A stretch of 63,219 nucleotides of DNA, the filler included, from Octopus bimaculoides (Eukaryota), in NCBI RefSeq assembly GCF_001194135.2. It is 5 parts of 5 records of this genome, joined end to end, with 100 filler letters (N's around TTAATTAATTAA, not from the genome) between each part and the next. Parts side by side here need not be neighbours in the genome. Positions count along the whole stretch, not along the records: positions 1 to 25,220 come from NC_068993.1; 4 more parts are not named here. The stretch is one strand, 5' to 3'. The notes under the pieces are model-generated. The model ran no database searches. It was given only the letters and a program-made list of their open reading frames with translations, and was not told the origin of the DNA. Position numbers and translations under genes: made by a program. Within the stretch, counting starts at the first letter, position 1, and every line of letters begins with the position of its first letter. Of this stretch, positions 13,020 to 24,814 are shown in pieces.

Positions 13020-13795
13020 TTTCAAATTTTGGTACAAGGTCAGAAATTTTGGGTGATGGGATAAGTCGATTGCATCGACTCCAGTGCTCAACTGGAACTT
13101 ATTTTGTCGACTCCGAAATAGGCGAAAATAAAAACTGTCCACGGCGGAATTTAAAATCAGAACGTAAAGGAGGACGAAGTGCGCCAATGCATTTTGCTCG
13201 ACGTGCTAACGATTCTGCCTGCTCACTGCCTTATTTAACTCACATATATTAATAGTATTCATTAGATCCAAGGAAAAAATCTCTAATTTTTTAATTGATG
13301 TTAGAAATAGCACCTAAAACTCCCCTAATTCACATATTGTTGTCTCAGTAAAATGAAAGATACGCTAGATAACGCAGTTCTAGAAGCATTATATCTCAAA
13401 GAAGACACGTTGCTCACAGTTGGAATGATTTTCGTCCAGTCAGCTGGAGCAGGTGTGACCTGGGGTTAAATAACAACTGCAAAAACAACTAATACTTAAT
13501 AAATTCATGAAAAAACAAAGACAAAGCCAAAAAGATTTGAGCTTGAAACCAAAAAGAAGAAAAAAATTAGAATTTATTCTGGAAAGCTTATTGCCCTGAC
13601 ATCTGTATCAGGTTTTGTAAACCATAAACCCTACTAGTATCTCAGTTTTCTCAAGTTCTTGACTGGTACCTTATTTTATCGACAATGATAGATGAAAGGC
13701 CAAGTTGACTTTGATGAGATTTGAACTCAGAGCAGAAAGAACCGGCACTTTTACTGCAAGGCATTTTGTCCGCCACACTGATGACACTGCCTATT
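13020..13795 (-). mobile_element. Two degenerate SINE-A copies (about 13020-13228 and 13655-13795)
   Basis: Recognisable gtgctaacgattctgcc, aaagtcgac/aagttgac and gtaccttattttatcgac segments. Confidence 0.65.
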
Positions 13796-14448
13796 CACAT
13801 TTCTCAAAAGGATTAAATAAAGGAGGACATTTTTAAAAAATGCAATTTTAGCGGTGTAAATGGAAGGAACTAGTTTTAATCTGGAATTAAAGTCATTTCA
13901 CTTACTTCTTTGGCTGAACGCTGAGTATCAGGTAAAGGCTAAACTGACGCTTCCTTTAGCAGTGCTATAAAATTTCCCATAGTTCTAACTATTTAGATGA
14001 CACAGACCGATATGTTGTCGGTAGACGGGAAGATGTACCTCTAGTTCATACCCCAATACAAGAACAACTTTCTCAGGATCTGTAATATATCTTTTCAAAG
14101 GTATGCTGTACTTCCGTTTTTAGAGTACGGACTGTCGACGCTAACACATCTTTGTATCATAGTCGGCTATGGCACTTTTTACATATACCGTCTCTTAAGG
14201 TAGATATGTTGCTATTTCTGTGTACAACAAAAAGTTATCCTTTATATATTTAATAACAGAAATGATACTTTGCATGGTGGTGCTGAATTTCACAAAGGAG
14301 CTAGAAAAGAAACTGAATTTCGAAGCACTGGATAGCTCAAAACTTTTTTGACGATTATTAGTCGAAAGATATATTTAGATAAGGAGAGAGAAAAAAGATG
14401 ATACATAGAAAGAGAAGAGGAGAACGAGAAGGAAAAGAAAGAGGACAA

Positions 14449-14578
14449 CGACAAGAAGAAGAAGAAGAAGAAGAAGAAGAAGAAGAAGAAGAAGAAGAAG
14501 AAGAAGAAGAAGAAGAAGAAGAAGAAGAAGAAGAAGAAGAAGAAGAAGAAGAAGAAGAAGAAGAAGAAGAAGAAGAAG

Positions 14579-14608
<30 letters not shown>
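14449..14608. repeat. Long near-perfect (GAA)n microsatellite
   Basis: About 160 nt of GAA. A shorter run lies at about 29318-29395. Confidence 0.97.
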
Positions 14609-14609
<1 letters not shown>

Positions 14610-15057
14610 GCGAGAATAGCAATTGCCGTATTGTGGTATCGAATGCATATATATGAGTTAAACTTGGACATGTTCGTCAGCAGTAAGCTATGGAATATTT
14701 CTATGAACTTCGTGTGTGTGTGCTGAAGAAATTAAGAAATATATGACTGAAATGTACCATTGCATACTAAGCGAACACACAGACACAAACATATATAGGT
14801 ACTTACACGCACTCACATATATATTTATATATATGTTAGTGAGGATGCGTTTATGTGTGTCTATATATGTATGTGTTTGTGTCTGCGTGTATGTGAATTA
14901 TAACAAGGTCAGTACATGGTGATTTAACCTGCTAGAAATAGCGACTAAATCTCCCTCAAATCACACTTTACTCTCTTATATTGTCCTAGATACTTTTAAT
15001 CATAAATCCTCTTGATCAGGACTGGTAGACGTCTAAATAACGAAAACCTCAGTAAGA

Positions 15058-15119
15058 CAGTAGGAATAGGGTCAGTCTCACAATACCACAGTATTATGAG
15101 ACTAACCCTATTCCGACTG
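15058..15119. repeat. 29-bp inverted repeat with 4-nt loop (62-nt hairpin)
   Basis: cagtaggaatagggtcagtctcacaatac-caca-gtattatgagactaaccctattccgactg, 3 differences between arms. Confidence 0.85.
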
Positions 15120-17259
15120 CGCTACTAAGGCATTTAAATGTGAACCGGAGCTGCACGAGATATCATCCTCATGTGTATCCTGTTTAATAGAGTACACGAT
15201 CGGCCGACTTACCAGTTAAACAAGAAAACCTTTACAGCAGTGATTTCCAACGTCGGGCATATGATCCACCGGTGGGGCCTAAGAAAACTGTGGTGGGGTG
15301 TGGGATCCAAAGTTTACGATTTTTTTTTTTTTTTGGTGAGACATGGAAGTGATAAAATATTAAGAATAAAGTGGGTTTTTTCCCCCAGTAACTGATGGGA
15401 AGTTATGGTGGAACCTGGGGTAAAATAGGTTGGGAAACACTGCTCTTCTTTTTTGTTCTATGCGCTAAAAACACCAACCAAACTTCTCACGAGCCAACAC
15501 TACCATCTTTGAAAAAATTCTATTTCATTATATTTTTAAGTGCTTCTTATAGAGGAAATTGTTACGTCCGTGGCATCTTCACTAGCCGTCCAGTATCAGG
15601 GAAGTTGAGGCAGAGAATGTTCCTCTTCAACATCAAACGCATCAGCAAAAGCGGAGAAAACAAGCCCAGAGCGGGAATTTCAGGTGCAAGTCATCTTAAT
15701 AAGAGAGAATTAAGAACAACGGTAAGTACAGAGCATAGGAGAGAAAGAAAATATCGGCGAATTAAAGTGATGATATGAATGAGATGGTCGGGTTTTCGGT
15801 GGATGTGAAAGATGAAACCGCACTGAAAAGATGGTGTCAGCGAAGTAGCATTAGAAAAGGCAAAATAAGAAGATAGCATGTGCGTGTGCTAAAGATTAGA
15901 ATGGGTTGGTGATCAACTTCATGTCATTTAACCGAGGGGTTTTTATAGGACGCGCGCTTTATAAACGTATACATTGGGAGATACAAAAAAATAGACGGAA
16001 CACCTTTGAGCCCAGAGCTGGACGATCAGTAATGACCTGGCCTAAAGAGAAATCAATAACATCAGCCTGACCATGATATGACTAATGGTGTTAAAGTAGA
16101 GATTATTTGACACATGCTTTTTTTATGAATTTATGAAAAATTCACCTGGAATAAAATTCGCCAAACATAAGTTAACAGAATGAGAAGTATCAAAACGTTA
16201 GATATTGCCTCAAGCCATGGAAATTTCATATGGTCACTTTTTTCTATACTTTGATCTGTATATTTTGGAAATTGTACTGGTGTTAGTTAATCGGATCTGA
16301 TACTTGATATTAACCATCCCTGTTTTGAGCTCAGAATTAATTATATGTGTATTTGTATAAAGACAGAGTGAAGTAGATCCGTGTGTCTATTTCATAGCCA
16401 AAATACTTATTTATGAAGTCATGTTCGTGTAGAGAGTGGAGAGAGAATTCCGCACTGCAAGCCAGCGAAACACTTGTCAATTCAACAGTGCTACCGCTGC
16501 TTACAGCGTTGAATCATACCGCCTGTGTTATCTATTTAGGTCTAAATGGCCCCGGCTGTAGAATAGAATACTAAGGCGAATTTGATTATTTTAATGCTTT
16601 CATCATCAGAAAAGAGTCATATTACAATTAGGCACAGTGATTAAGAGAAATACAAGAAGTCACGCATCATTAATCTCTGGTAGAGCAAGCAAAGGAGACG
16701 TCTCCGAACGTATCTATTTTCTTAGCCGTACTCTGAGCAACACTACAGATTTTATTCTTGCTTGCTAGCCTTCTTTAAAGTAAATATTTATATGAAATAT
16801 TCCTAAAATTATTAAACTATAAAGGAAAATTAGATTAGTTGACAATTTAATGGGCGTTGTTTACATATTACTCAACAGGATACAGTAATGGAGGCAGAAT
16901 ACAGAAGTCAACATTTCAATGAGTAAAGCGATAATATATCCAATCAGCCCACCATGTTCTCCCGCAGTTTTATAAGTCCGAAGATCAAATTCATTGAGAA
17001 ACTCTTTGTTTTACATCTAGATTACTACAATGGCGGTGGTGTGACGATGTGCATGATAAAGAAGCAATATTTGAAATTTATATTGTCGAGTTGGTTAAAG
17101 TATGTCCATAGATCCAAATTTTTATTATTATTCTGACGTAGGTCTATAAACAATGTTAAGTAAGAGTAAATATACTTAAGGTAATGAGCCAAAACAACTA
17201 AATAATCAACTGAAATGACACCCATAACGTGAAGAAAATTCTTCACTTGGTAATTCTTT

Positions 17260-18230
17260 CAGTTCTATATTTAAGAGACGAGGAATTATGTACGTTATTT
17301 ACACTATTTACATTTGATGGATATTTTGTCCTCATCTTGTTTGTTGTTTACACAACGTTTCGGCTGATATACCTTCCAGCCTTCATCAGGTGTCTTGGGG
17401 AAATTTCGAACCTGGGTTCTCATTCCTAAGGTACTTTTCGATGTAATGATTATTATTATTATTCACGTCACAGCCTGGAATCGAACTCGGAATCTTAGGG
17501 TTAGTAGCCCGCACTACGCCATATGCCCGTGAGCAATTATGGAGTGAATTTTAGGGTTTATAAATCTAATATTTTCCTATCCTTCCTTAGTACCGGTTCC
17601 CATATGCTATTCATATCTGCACTCGATCTGCTTAGGAGGTTGTTGTGTCCTAGCATATGTGCTGTTTCTTTCAGTTTTCGTATTTTCCAGTGGTGTTCTC
17701 TGTCTATAGTTTTAACTTCATCCCACAGGGGGAGATGGTCTCCATTTTTCCATACATGATCAGCTATACCTGATTTATCAATATCTCCTCGTGTCACAGC
17801 TTTGGGATGTTCTTCTACCCTTATTTCGAGGGGAGTGGCATATTTCGCCTGTGTATAACCTACCACAGCTGCATGGGATTGAGTACACGCAGGTTTTGGT
17901 CATATTCTATTCTATTGGTGGTTTTACTCGAAGGAGATATTTGCGAAGTGTTGTATTACTGTTGAATACTGTCCTGATGTCATATGGGCCACATATCTTT
18001 TGTATCTTTTAGGAGACGCCTTTCACATAGGGTAGACAGAGTGTGGACAGTTTATCGATTTCATCCTCCCTTTTCTTCATAATTGGAGTGGATAGTATGT
18101 TTTTGGGGTAGTTGTTGCTTAATAGATTGTTACTGAGCTTGACCATTCCTTCGTGATGGGTATCACGATCGCTACTTATATTCTTTGCTCGATATTTTAG
18201 GCACTGAGCAACCCCTCTCTTTACACTGTA
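17260..18230 (-). mobile_element. Penelope-like element (Penelope/Poseidon-type, C-terminal GIY-YIG), left arm
   Basis: Minus strand: SVKRGVAQCLKYRAKNISSD...NNYP...LCLPYVKGVS*KIQKICGPYDIRTVF (RT thumb/linker), then VYSIPCSCGRLY.GE and EEHPKAVTRGDIDKSGIADHVWKNGDH..WDEVKTIDREHHWKIRKLKE (GIY-YIG). Followed by a tRNA-like cassette, (AAT)n and a hammerhead. In-frame stops and frameshifts make it defective. Confidence 0.93.
17350..17394 (-). ncRNA. Minimal type-I hammerhead ribozyme in PLE pLTR (core intact)
   Basis: Minus strand GACAC-CUGAUGA-A-GGCUG(gaagguauau)CAGCC-GAAAC-GUU/GUGU. Stem I 4 bp, stem II 5 bp, palindromic AACGUU in place of stem III. Confidence 0.8.
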
Positions 18231-18572
18231 TGAATATGACCAAAAACTGCGTGTACTCCATTCCATGCAGCTGTGGTAGGTTATACAAAGGCGAAACATG
18301 CTGCCCCCTCAAAATAAGGGTAGAAGAACATCGCAAAGCTGTGACACGAGGAGATATTGATAAATCGGGTATAGCTGATCATGTATGGAAAAATGGAGAC
18401 CACCTTCCCCTGGGAAAATACGAAAACTGAAAGAAGCAGCACACATGCTAGGACACAACAACCTCCTAAGCAGACCGAGTGCAGATATGAATAGCATATG
18501 GGAACCGGTATTAAGGAAGGATAGGAAAATAATAGATTTATAAGCCCTAAAATTCACTCCATAATTGTCCAC

Positions 18573-18645
18573 GGGCATATGGCGTAGTGGTTAAGAGTAG
18601 TGCAGGCTACTAACTCCAAGATTCCGAGTTCGATTCCAAACTGTG
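18573..18645 (+). promoter_or_regulatory. tRNA-derived Pol III internal promoter cassette inside the PLE 3' region
   Basis: A box TGGCGTAGTGG (18580-18590), B box GAGTTCGATTCC (18626-18637), anticodon-like loop CTACTAA. The same cassette occurs at 17470-17530, 27650-27712 and 60570-60635 (all minus strand). Confidence 0.75.
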
Positions 18646-18723
18646 ACGTGAATAATAATAATGATAATAATTACATCGAAAAATACCTTAGAAATGAGAA
18701 CCCAGGTTCGAAATTTCCCCCAA

Positions 18724-18764
18724 GACTCCTGATGAAGGCTGGAGGGTAGCCGAAACGTTGTGTT
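18724..18764 (+). ncRNA. Minimal hammerhead ribozyme, right PLE arm
   Basis: GACUC-CUGAUGA-A-GGCU(ggagggu)AGCC-GAAAC-GUU/GUGUU. Core intact, one stem I mismatch. Confidence 0.72.
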
Positions 18765-19859
18765 AACAACAAACAAGATGAGGACAAATATCCGTCAAAT
18801 GTAAATAATGTTGATAATACTTATCAAGAGGAATAAGTGAGAGAACTTCCAAATTAAAATTGACTAAAATTTTAACTGGAGACAATGAGTATGATCTTTC
18901 ATACTTACGGCCATTACAACTTCGGATATAATTTGATTTTAGTAACTCGTGGGAGGAATTTAAAAGTATATCACCTTTGTGACACTGGAAGCCTAGCATC
19001 ATACCACTAGAATCATCTACAGTTTTCACAATAAAAGAAACTCTGTGTCATTGAGTAAGTGTAGTATACTACCATAGATATAATTTTGTTAGTCAGCTTT
19101 TTAAAAATACTCTACCACTGAGACAAAAGAAGCCATTGTCTAAAACAGTAAAACTCTCTTCAATGGAAAATGTATTATAAACAAGTGGACTAATTGCTTT
19201 ACAATATTTAGTTCTTGCTCATATCACTTGTTAAAATGTCTCCATTGTGTCAACTTTATCTTTCATCTCTTTAGGATCAATGATGTAGCTGGTTTAACCG
19301 GCAACACACTTTCTCATAAAACGAGGCGTTTTAATTAGTTAGCGAAAATTAAAACTTTTTTATGTAATTGCTTTGTAAAATATATTATTTCAGGTTGTAA
19401 CTGTAAGAACAGTATTGCAGCAGAAGTTATTTTAAATTTATAGCATTTCTATACCCAAAGTGGTCTTATGCCAATGTCGTACCAGTTAATATTCATATAA
19501 AAATATGACAAATACACTCCAGATAATATCTAATTTTTAAAGAACTTAACATATATGAATATAAAAGTCATAATATGTTTTTCTTCTGTAAATTACCAAC
19601 GAACATCATTTGTTTTGTTCTGCTAGAGTTCCGATCATTTTCTGTTATTGCGTTGGAAAACATTTCCTTCTAATGACTAGAACGTATTAGGATTTCAAGA
19701 CGTGCCGCTGACAGTAGAACTTGCTAGACGGAATAATTATTAAAATGCTGGTCACGGGTCAAGTTTTGGTTTTCATTTTAATTCACCTGAACTTTCTGAA
19801 CAGAATTTCAGTGAAAATATAATTGATATCTTCGTAAGATAGTTTAATTGAAAATGTCT

Positions 19860-20230
19860 GGTTGCCTGCTGCATAACATTTTTCTCTTTCAGTTAATGAT
19901 GATTTTGTTATTTGGTGATGAGGTTACTGCTTGTATTAAATATTATCCTGTTGTCGATAATGGAGGCCTGTGACAGTAATGATAATAGTGATGGTAGCGG
20001 TGCTGATGTTAGCGGTAGTGATGTCACTAGTGGTGGATGTGTTGTTGGTAATAATAGCGATGGAGTAGGCTTTGCTTTTGTTAATAGTGTCGACAGTGAT
20101 GATACATCTGGTGATATTGTTGATGATGGATGTAACAATGTTTGTGATATCCATGATGAATGTGATGATGCTGAAAGTCTCGTGGACATGATGGTGATGT
20201 TGATATAAGAATACTGGATTTATTGCTAAT
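19860..20230. repeat. Degenerate (GAT/GGT/AGT)-rich low-complexity tract
   Basis: Imperfect trinucleotide periodicity produces D/S/V-rich pseudo-ORFs on both strands. Confidence 0.7.
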
Positions 20231-21225
20231 AATGTGAGTGGTGGTTGTGACAGTTGTATATGTTGTGGAGGAAGTGTGGGTGTTTAGTGTGGTGAAAACT
20301 AATCATTTATACTAATGTCTCTTTTCCTCCTCACTACGGATGTAGTTTTAAGTGTATTAGTCCATGCTTAATAATCGGCTTCGTACTCGGCTGTAAGCTC
20401 ACATTTAGTTTCCAGTTATTTGGATTTCAGATTGCGCCTTACATTTTTTTTTTAACTAGAATTAATTAAGCTAATGATTTTTCTTCTCATAACAAGTATA
20501 ATTTTAAGGAACTGAATATATTTTCTGCTCACTACATTAGTATGTATATAACACATAGACTATACATTTTCACAAACTATCATTAACCCACTACATTACG
20601 TAACATTACGTGTATATGTATGTGCCAGGTGGCCTTTTCACCCGGATGCATGACATGAAACAACATTTTATTGGCTATTTCTCACTCATTCAAATTATCT
20701 ATTTTTGGAGCGCTCTTCGTTCGATGAACAGCTTACTTGAGTGTACTTTTTCAAAATATAAAGTTGTTTGTTAACATTGAACAGAGCCAAAAAATAAATG
20801 AGTAAGATCTTACATTTCGAACTCTCAAACTACCTTACGCGCGCGCGCACACACACACACTCACACATACGTACACATTCTCTCACTCATATGTTCATAT
20901 ACGGGCTAACATTGCAACACACATATTTGTCTAGTCTCATACACATCAACATAATGTTATTCTATGCCACGACTCTTGAATTAATAGTGTTTTTGTTATT
21001 GTTTCATCTTCCACTCTTTATGCAATGTTGTTAAATTATCTTTCGAGACATTTCATATTTTCATTCCAAATATTAATTCTTCTATAATTTCTAAAAGGCG
21101 TTGTTGAATTTAGATAGCAAACTTTTTAATTTACCACAAAAAGACAGTTGTGAAGAATTGTTGAACTTTTATACGGGAAGAACTCTTATTCCAGACATCG
21201 CTGTACTGCAACACTCGGTTGTTAA

Positions 21226-22880
21226 CACTGGGGAACAAATTTTAAGTTTTTCGCTATTGAATTAGATTTTACAGTCAGTTGTAGGTAATATTCGTACGCT
21301 AAGCACGAATTTTTACTCGGTTTAGCTCTATCAGGTCCTGATTTTGGGTGATATCATTTGATAAAATTCACGAAAGCAAGCCACACGTCACTCTTGTCAA
21401 CGCTTTTCTAAACGCCGACAAACAGACGCTTGACACACTCTTACCCATGTACCCATAGCTTACCCATGTACTCATGTACAAGTACGTTTCGCTAACTTTG
21501 AATAGAAATAAAGAAGGTAAATATAATTGAATGGGAGTCAGAGAAGAATGATTCAATTGAATTTAACATAATTGCGTTATGCGAACGATTTTTTTTTTGT
21601 TCATGTCAAAAACGACCTTTTGACAGTTTTTCCCATGTAGGTGTCGCGAGAGCCTACTAACCATGAGACCGATTGCTACTTTTGTTTTATCAAAACTTCG
21701 GGCTTCACTAAGAAAAATAAACAGTGTATCGAGTACTCAAATTTCGACAACGCGATACGATTTATACTACATTCACATGAAATCTCCATTCCAATATTTA
21801 AGAACCTGCTACCTGAAGAATTAGTTGAAGGCATTCCAGAAAATATTGTTATGCACTCTGAGGAGTTTGACACTGATTTTGACCCCAGCGTATTTCAAAG
21901 TCAAAATAATCCGCAAAAGTTTGACCAGGCCGAGTTGAATGATCTTCTAAGGGATCTAAATTTTCGAAGGAAAGGTTGCGGAAATTTTAGCTTCAAGACT
22001 TACAGAGAAAAACGTGCTTACTTCAAACACATACATTTCATTTTGCAGAAAAAGAGAACTTCTTAAATATTTTAGAACAGAGGATAGTTTAGCATATTAC
22101 CGCAACATACCTAGTTTATTACAGATGGAGGTTGAGTCTTACGATTCAAATGACTGGCGCTTGTTTTTAGACAGTTCGAAAAGAAGTCTTAAGTGTGTGT
22201 TGTTGAATAATGGCAATCTATACGGTTCGATACTGATTAGGAATTCAACAAAATTAAAAGAAAAGTATGAATATATAGAAATGGTTTTAAATCATATCAA
22301 ATATACGGAGCACGAGTGGATCACACGTGTTGACTTAAAAAAGGTTAATTTTCTGCTTAGACAATGAGCGGGGTATACTAAATATCTCTGCTTCCTTTGC
22401 TTATGGGTCAGCAGAGCCAGGGAAGAACATTATTTCAAACAAATCTGGCCAGCACGAACATCACTTACTATCGGAGTAAAATCGTAATTAATCCACCTTC
22501 AGTGTCCAGAGATAAAATCATATTTTCACCTCCGCATATCAGACTAGACCTCATTAAATAATATGTAAAAGCTTTAGATACGAACGGCAAGTTTTTCAAA
22601 TACATAACTTCAAAATTTCCAAGTTTAAGTAATGGAAAAATCAAGGCGGAAACTTTCGACGGTTCACAAATAAGAGCAAACTTTTTTGGCAATTATAGGT
22701 CAGAAACTACGAAGAAACCGTAAAAACCGTTTAAGGGGCTACAAAGAATTAGGTTGCAAATTAGGTTGCGTAAGAACGCATCTTTTTAATAGCGTTTTAT
22801 TTTAATTTTGCATTTTTTTAACCATGACCAATTTCCAAGTAATTTAGGTGCTCTAAGTGATAAACAAGAGGAGAGATTCC
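21226..22880 (+). mobile_element. Chapaev3-like (CMC superfamily) DNA transposon remnant
   Basis: Broken frames read REPTNHETDCYFC..GFTKKNK, FDQAELNDLLRDL, WRLFLDSSKRSLKCVLL.NGN.YGS, VDLKKVNFLL, FSPPHIRLDL and FPSNLGALSDKQEERFH. Putative left end TAA|CACTGGGGAACAAATTTT at 21226. No right TIR seen. The family name is assigned from recalled motifs. Confidence 0.72.
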
Positions 22881-23127
22881 ACACTTGTGGGTCCCCTAGA
22901 CCCATGAGACCCCTGGACAACTGTCCGGTTTGTGCATACTTTAAGATGCCACTGCCTGTAACACGTGAACCAACTAGAAAAACGCGATTCCATTGACCTT
23001 AAGTATCTGTGTACTAGCTTTGATCCATCATTACACCATAAGAAGCAGTTACAGAGCTAACCCATAAAGTAATATTTGAAACTTACTTCTGTATCATCTA
23101 GTGGCATAAGTTCATCAATTATTTATG

Positions 23128-23497
23128 AATTGCCCACAGGAGGCTAAACATAGAAGGGACAAACAAGGACATACAAAGGGATTAAGTTGATTACATCGAC
23201 CCCAGTGCGTAATTGGTACTTATTTAATCAACCCCGAAAGAGTGAAAGGCAAAGTCGACCTCGGCGGAATTTGAACTCAGAATGTAACGGCAGACGAAAT
23301 AACGCTAAGCATTTCGCCCGGCGTGCTAACGATTCAGCCAGCTCACCGCCCTAAGTTCATTAGTTATTAACTGCCTCGTGAGTTCAAATTCCGCCGAGGT
23401 CGACTTTGCCTTTCATCCTTTCGAGGTCGATAAATTAAGTATCAGTTGCCCCCTCCGCAAAAATTTCGGGCCTTGAGCCTAGAGTAGAAAAGAATAT
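23128..23497. mobile_element. Inverted pair of SINE-A copies (23128-23352 minus, 23378-23497 plus)
   Basis: gagttcaaattccgccgaggtcgactttgcctttca on plus is complementary to tgaaaggcaaagtcgacctcggcggaatttgaactc about 100 nt upstream. Confidence 0.85.
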
Positions 23498-24570
23498 TAT
23501 TAACTGCCTCATGAAATAACTCACATACTCATTTATGCTAATGAACCTGAAGTTAACCAAAATCTCGATGTTGGCAGCTAATGTCCCATTACTGAGAGCC
23601 GCATGAAGCAGGATCTTCCATTGTGATTTCCGTTTTAGGTGAGACTCGACCTCTCAAAAGAAAGATGGTTGAAATTTAGGCTCTCAGTGTGCAGTCAAAA
23701 TATATATTTAGTTTTAAATTGTTGAAATAGTAATTTATCTGAACTTAAACATATTTGTTTACGCAGCAGGTAATGCGCCATTCGATTTCTATTGGTAGTT
23801 ATTTTAGACTGAAATGATCTATGAACGTAAATTTCTGACTATGTGTGTGTGTATGTGTGTGGGGCTGTCTAATGCGCGTTTATGTATTTGTGTGTAAGTG
23901 TAATTTTTCTTCCCTACACTTTTCTACAATCAATAGAAACACATCTTAAAATAGCCATACGTATCTAACCATGTGTACCCTTAAACTTTCTCACTTTTTA
24001 TTAATTATTTCACGCTAAATTTAGAATAATCTTCAAACACCTTATGTTGCCTTAAAGCTGATTATCATCCTTAATCTTTCATTTCCTTTTACTTTTGGGT
24101 TTTTTGTATATATTTTTTCATGATTTTTATTTTTTGTATATTCTATACATCTTTACTCTCTAACATATATGTGGACTTCTACAACTCTTTTGTAGTTTTG
24201 TTCTGCCAGACCTCCTGGTCATAAGATAACCCCCAACAGTTTAGCGAATTAAAATAACCTCCTGTTTTAAATGATTTCCTTTACTGCAGATTCGGCCATT
24301 TCACTAAATGTTCAGATAAACATTTGATTCTAGAAATAGCAAGTGAACTGAACTATGTGAACTTTAAATAGAAGGTCGTGATGTAGGTCACAAACTAGGT
24401 TTTGATTCTGAAGCACCAGAGCAGATACGTCCGGTACCAAAACCACCCCACCTCTGTTAATAATTGTGGAACTGAATAATTATGCATAATAGAAAGGATA
24501 AAATAATACCAATCGTTCGCCACTCAGCTAAAACTGCTGCAACAATGAAATCTGTTCTAGAACATACCTA

Positions 24571-24574
<4 letters not shown>

Positions 24575-24618
<44 letters not shown>

Positions 24619-24639
24619 CACTCCTACTACTACTACTAC

Positions 24640-24688
<49 letters not shown>

Positions 24689-24720
24689 CGTGATGATGAT
24701 GATGATGATGATATAACTAC
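24575..24720. repeat. Compound microsatellite (ACT)n(AAT)n(GAT)n
   Basis: Directly visible. Confidence 0.95.
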
Positions 24721-24814
24721 TACTAATACTGTTATTACTGCTGCTACAAATAATATAATGATATTAACGATTTCTTTTATATAAAAAATACTAATAATTT
24801 ACGTTCTACTATAG

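Larger units (their letters stand above)
18232..18810 (+). mobile_element. Penelope-like element, right (inverted) arm: GIY-YIG + pLTR
   Basis: NMTKNCVYSIPCSCGRLYKGETCCPLKIRVEEHRKAVTRGDIDKSGIADHVWKNGDH. Near reverse complement of about 17310-17905, with one deletion of roughly 35-40 nt. Confidence 0.93.

Noticed and set aside
14290-14671. Poly-E/F/S/L ORFs, also poly-N/I/T at 4396-4638, 24482-24784 and 37295-37954
   Set aside because: Translations of trinucleotide microsatellites.
19908-20208. D/S/V-rich and T/S-rich ORFs on both strands
   Set aside because: Degenerate trinucleotide low-complexity DNA.
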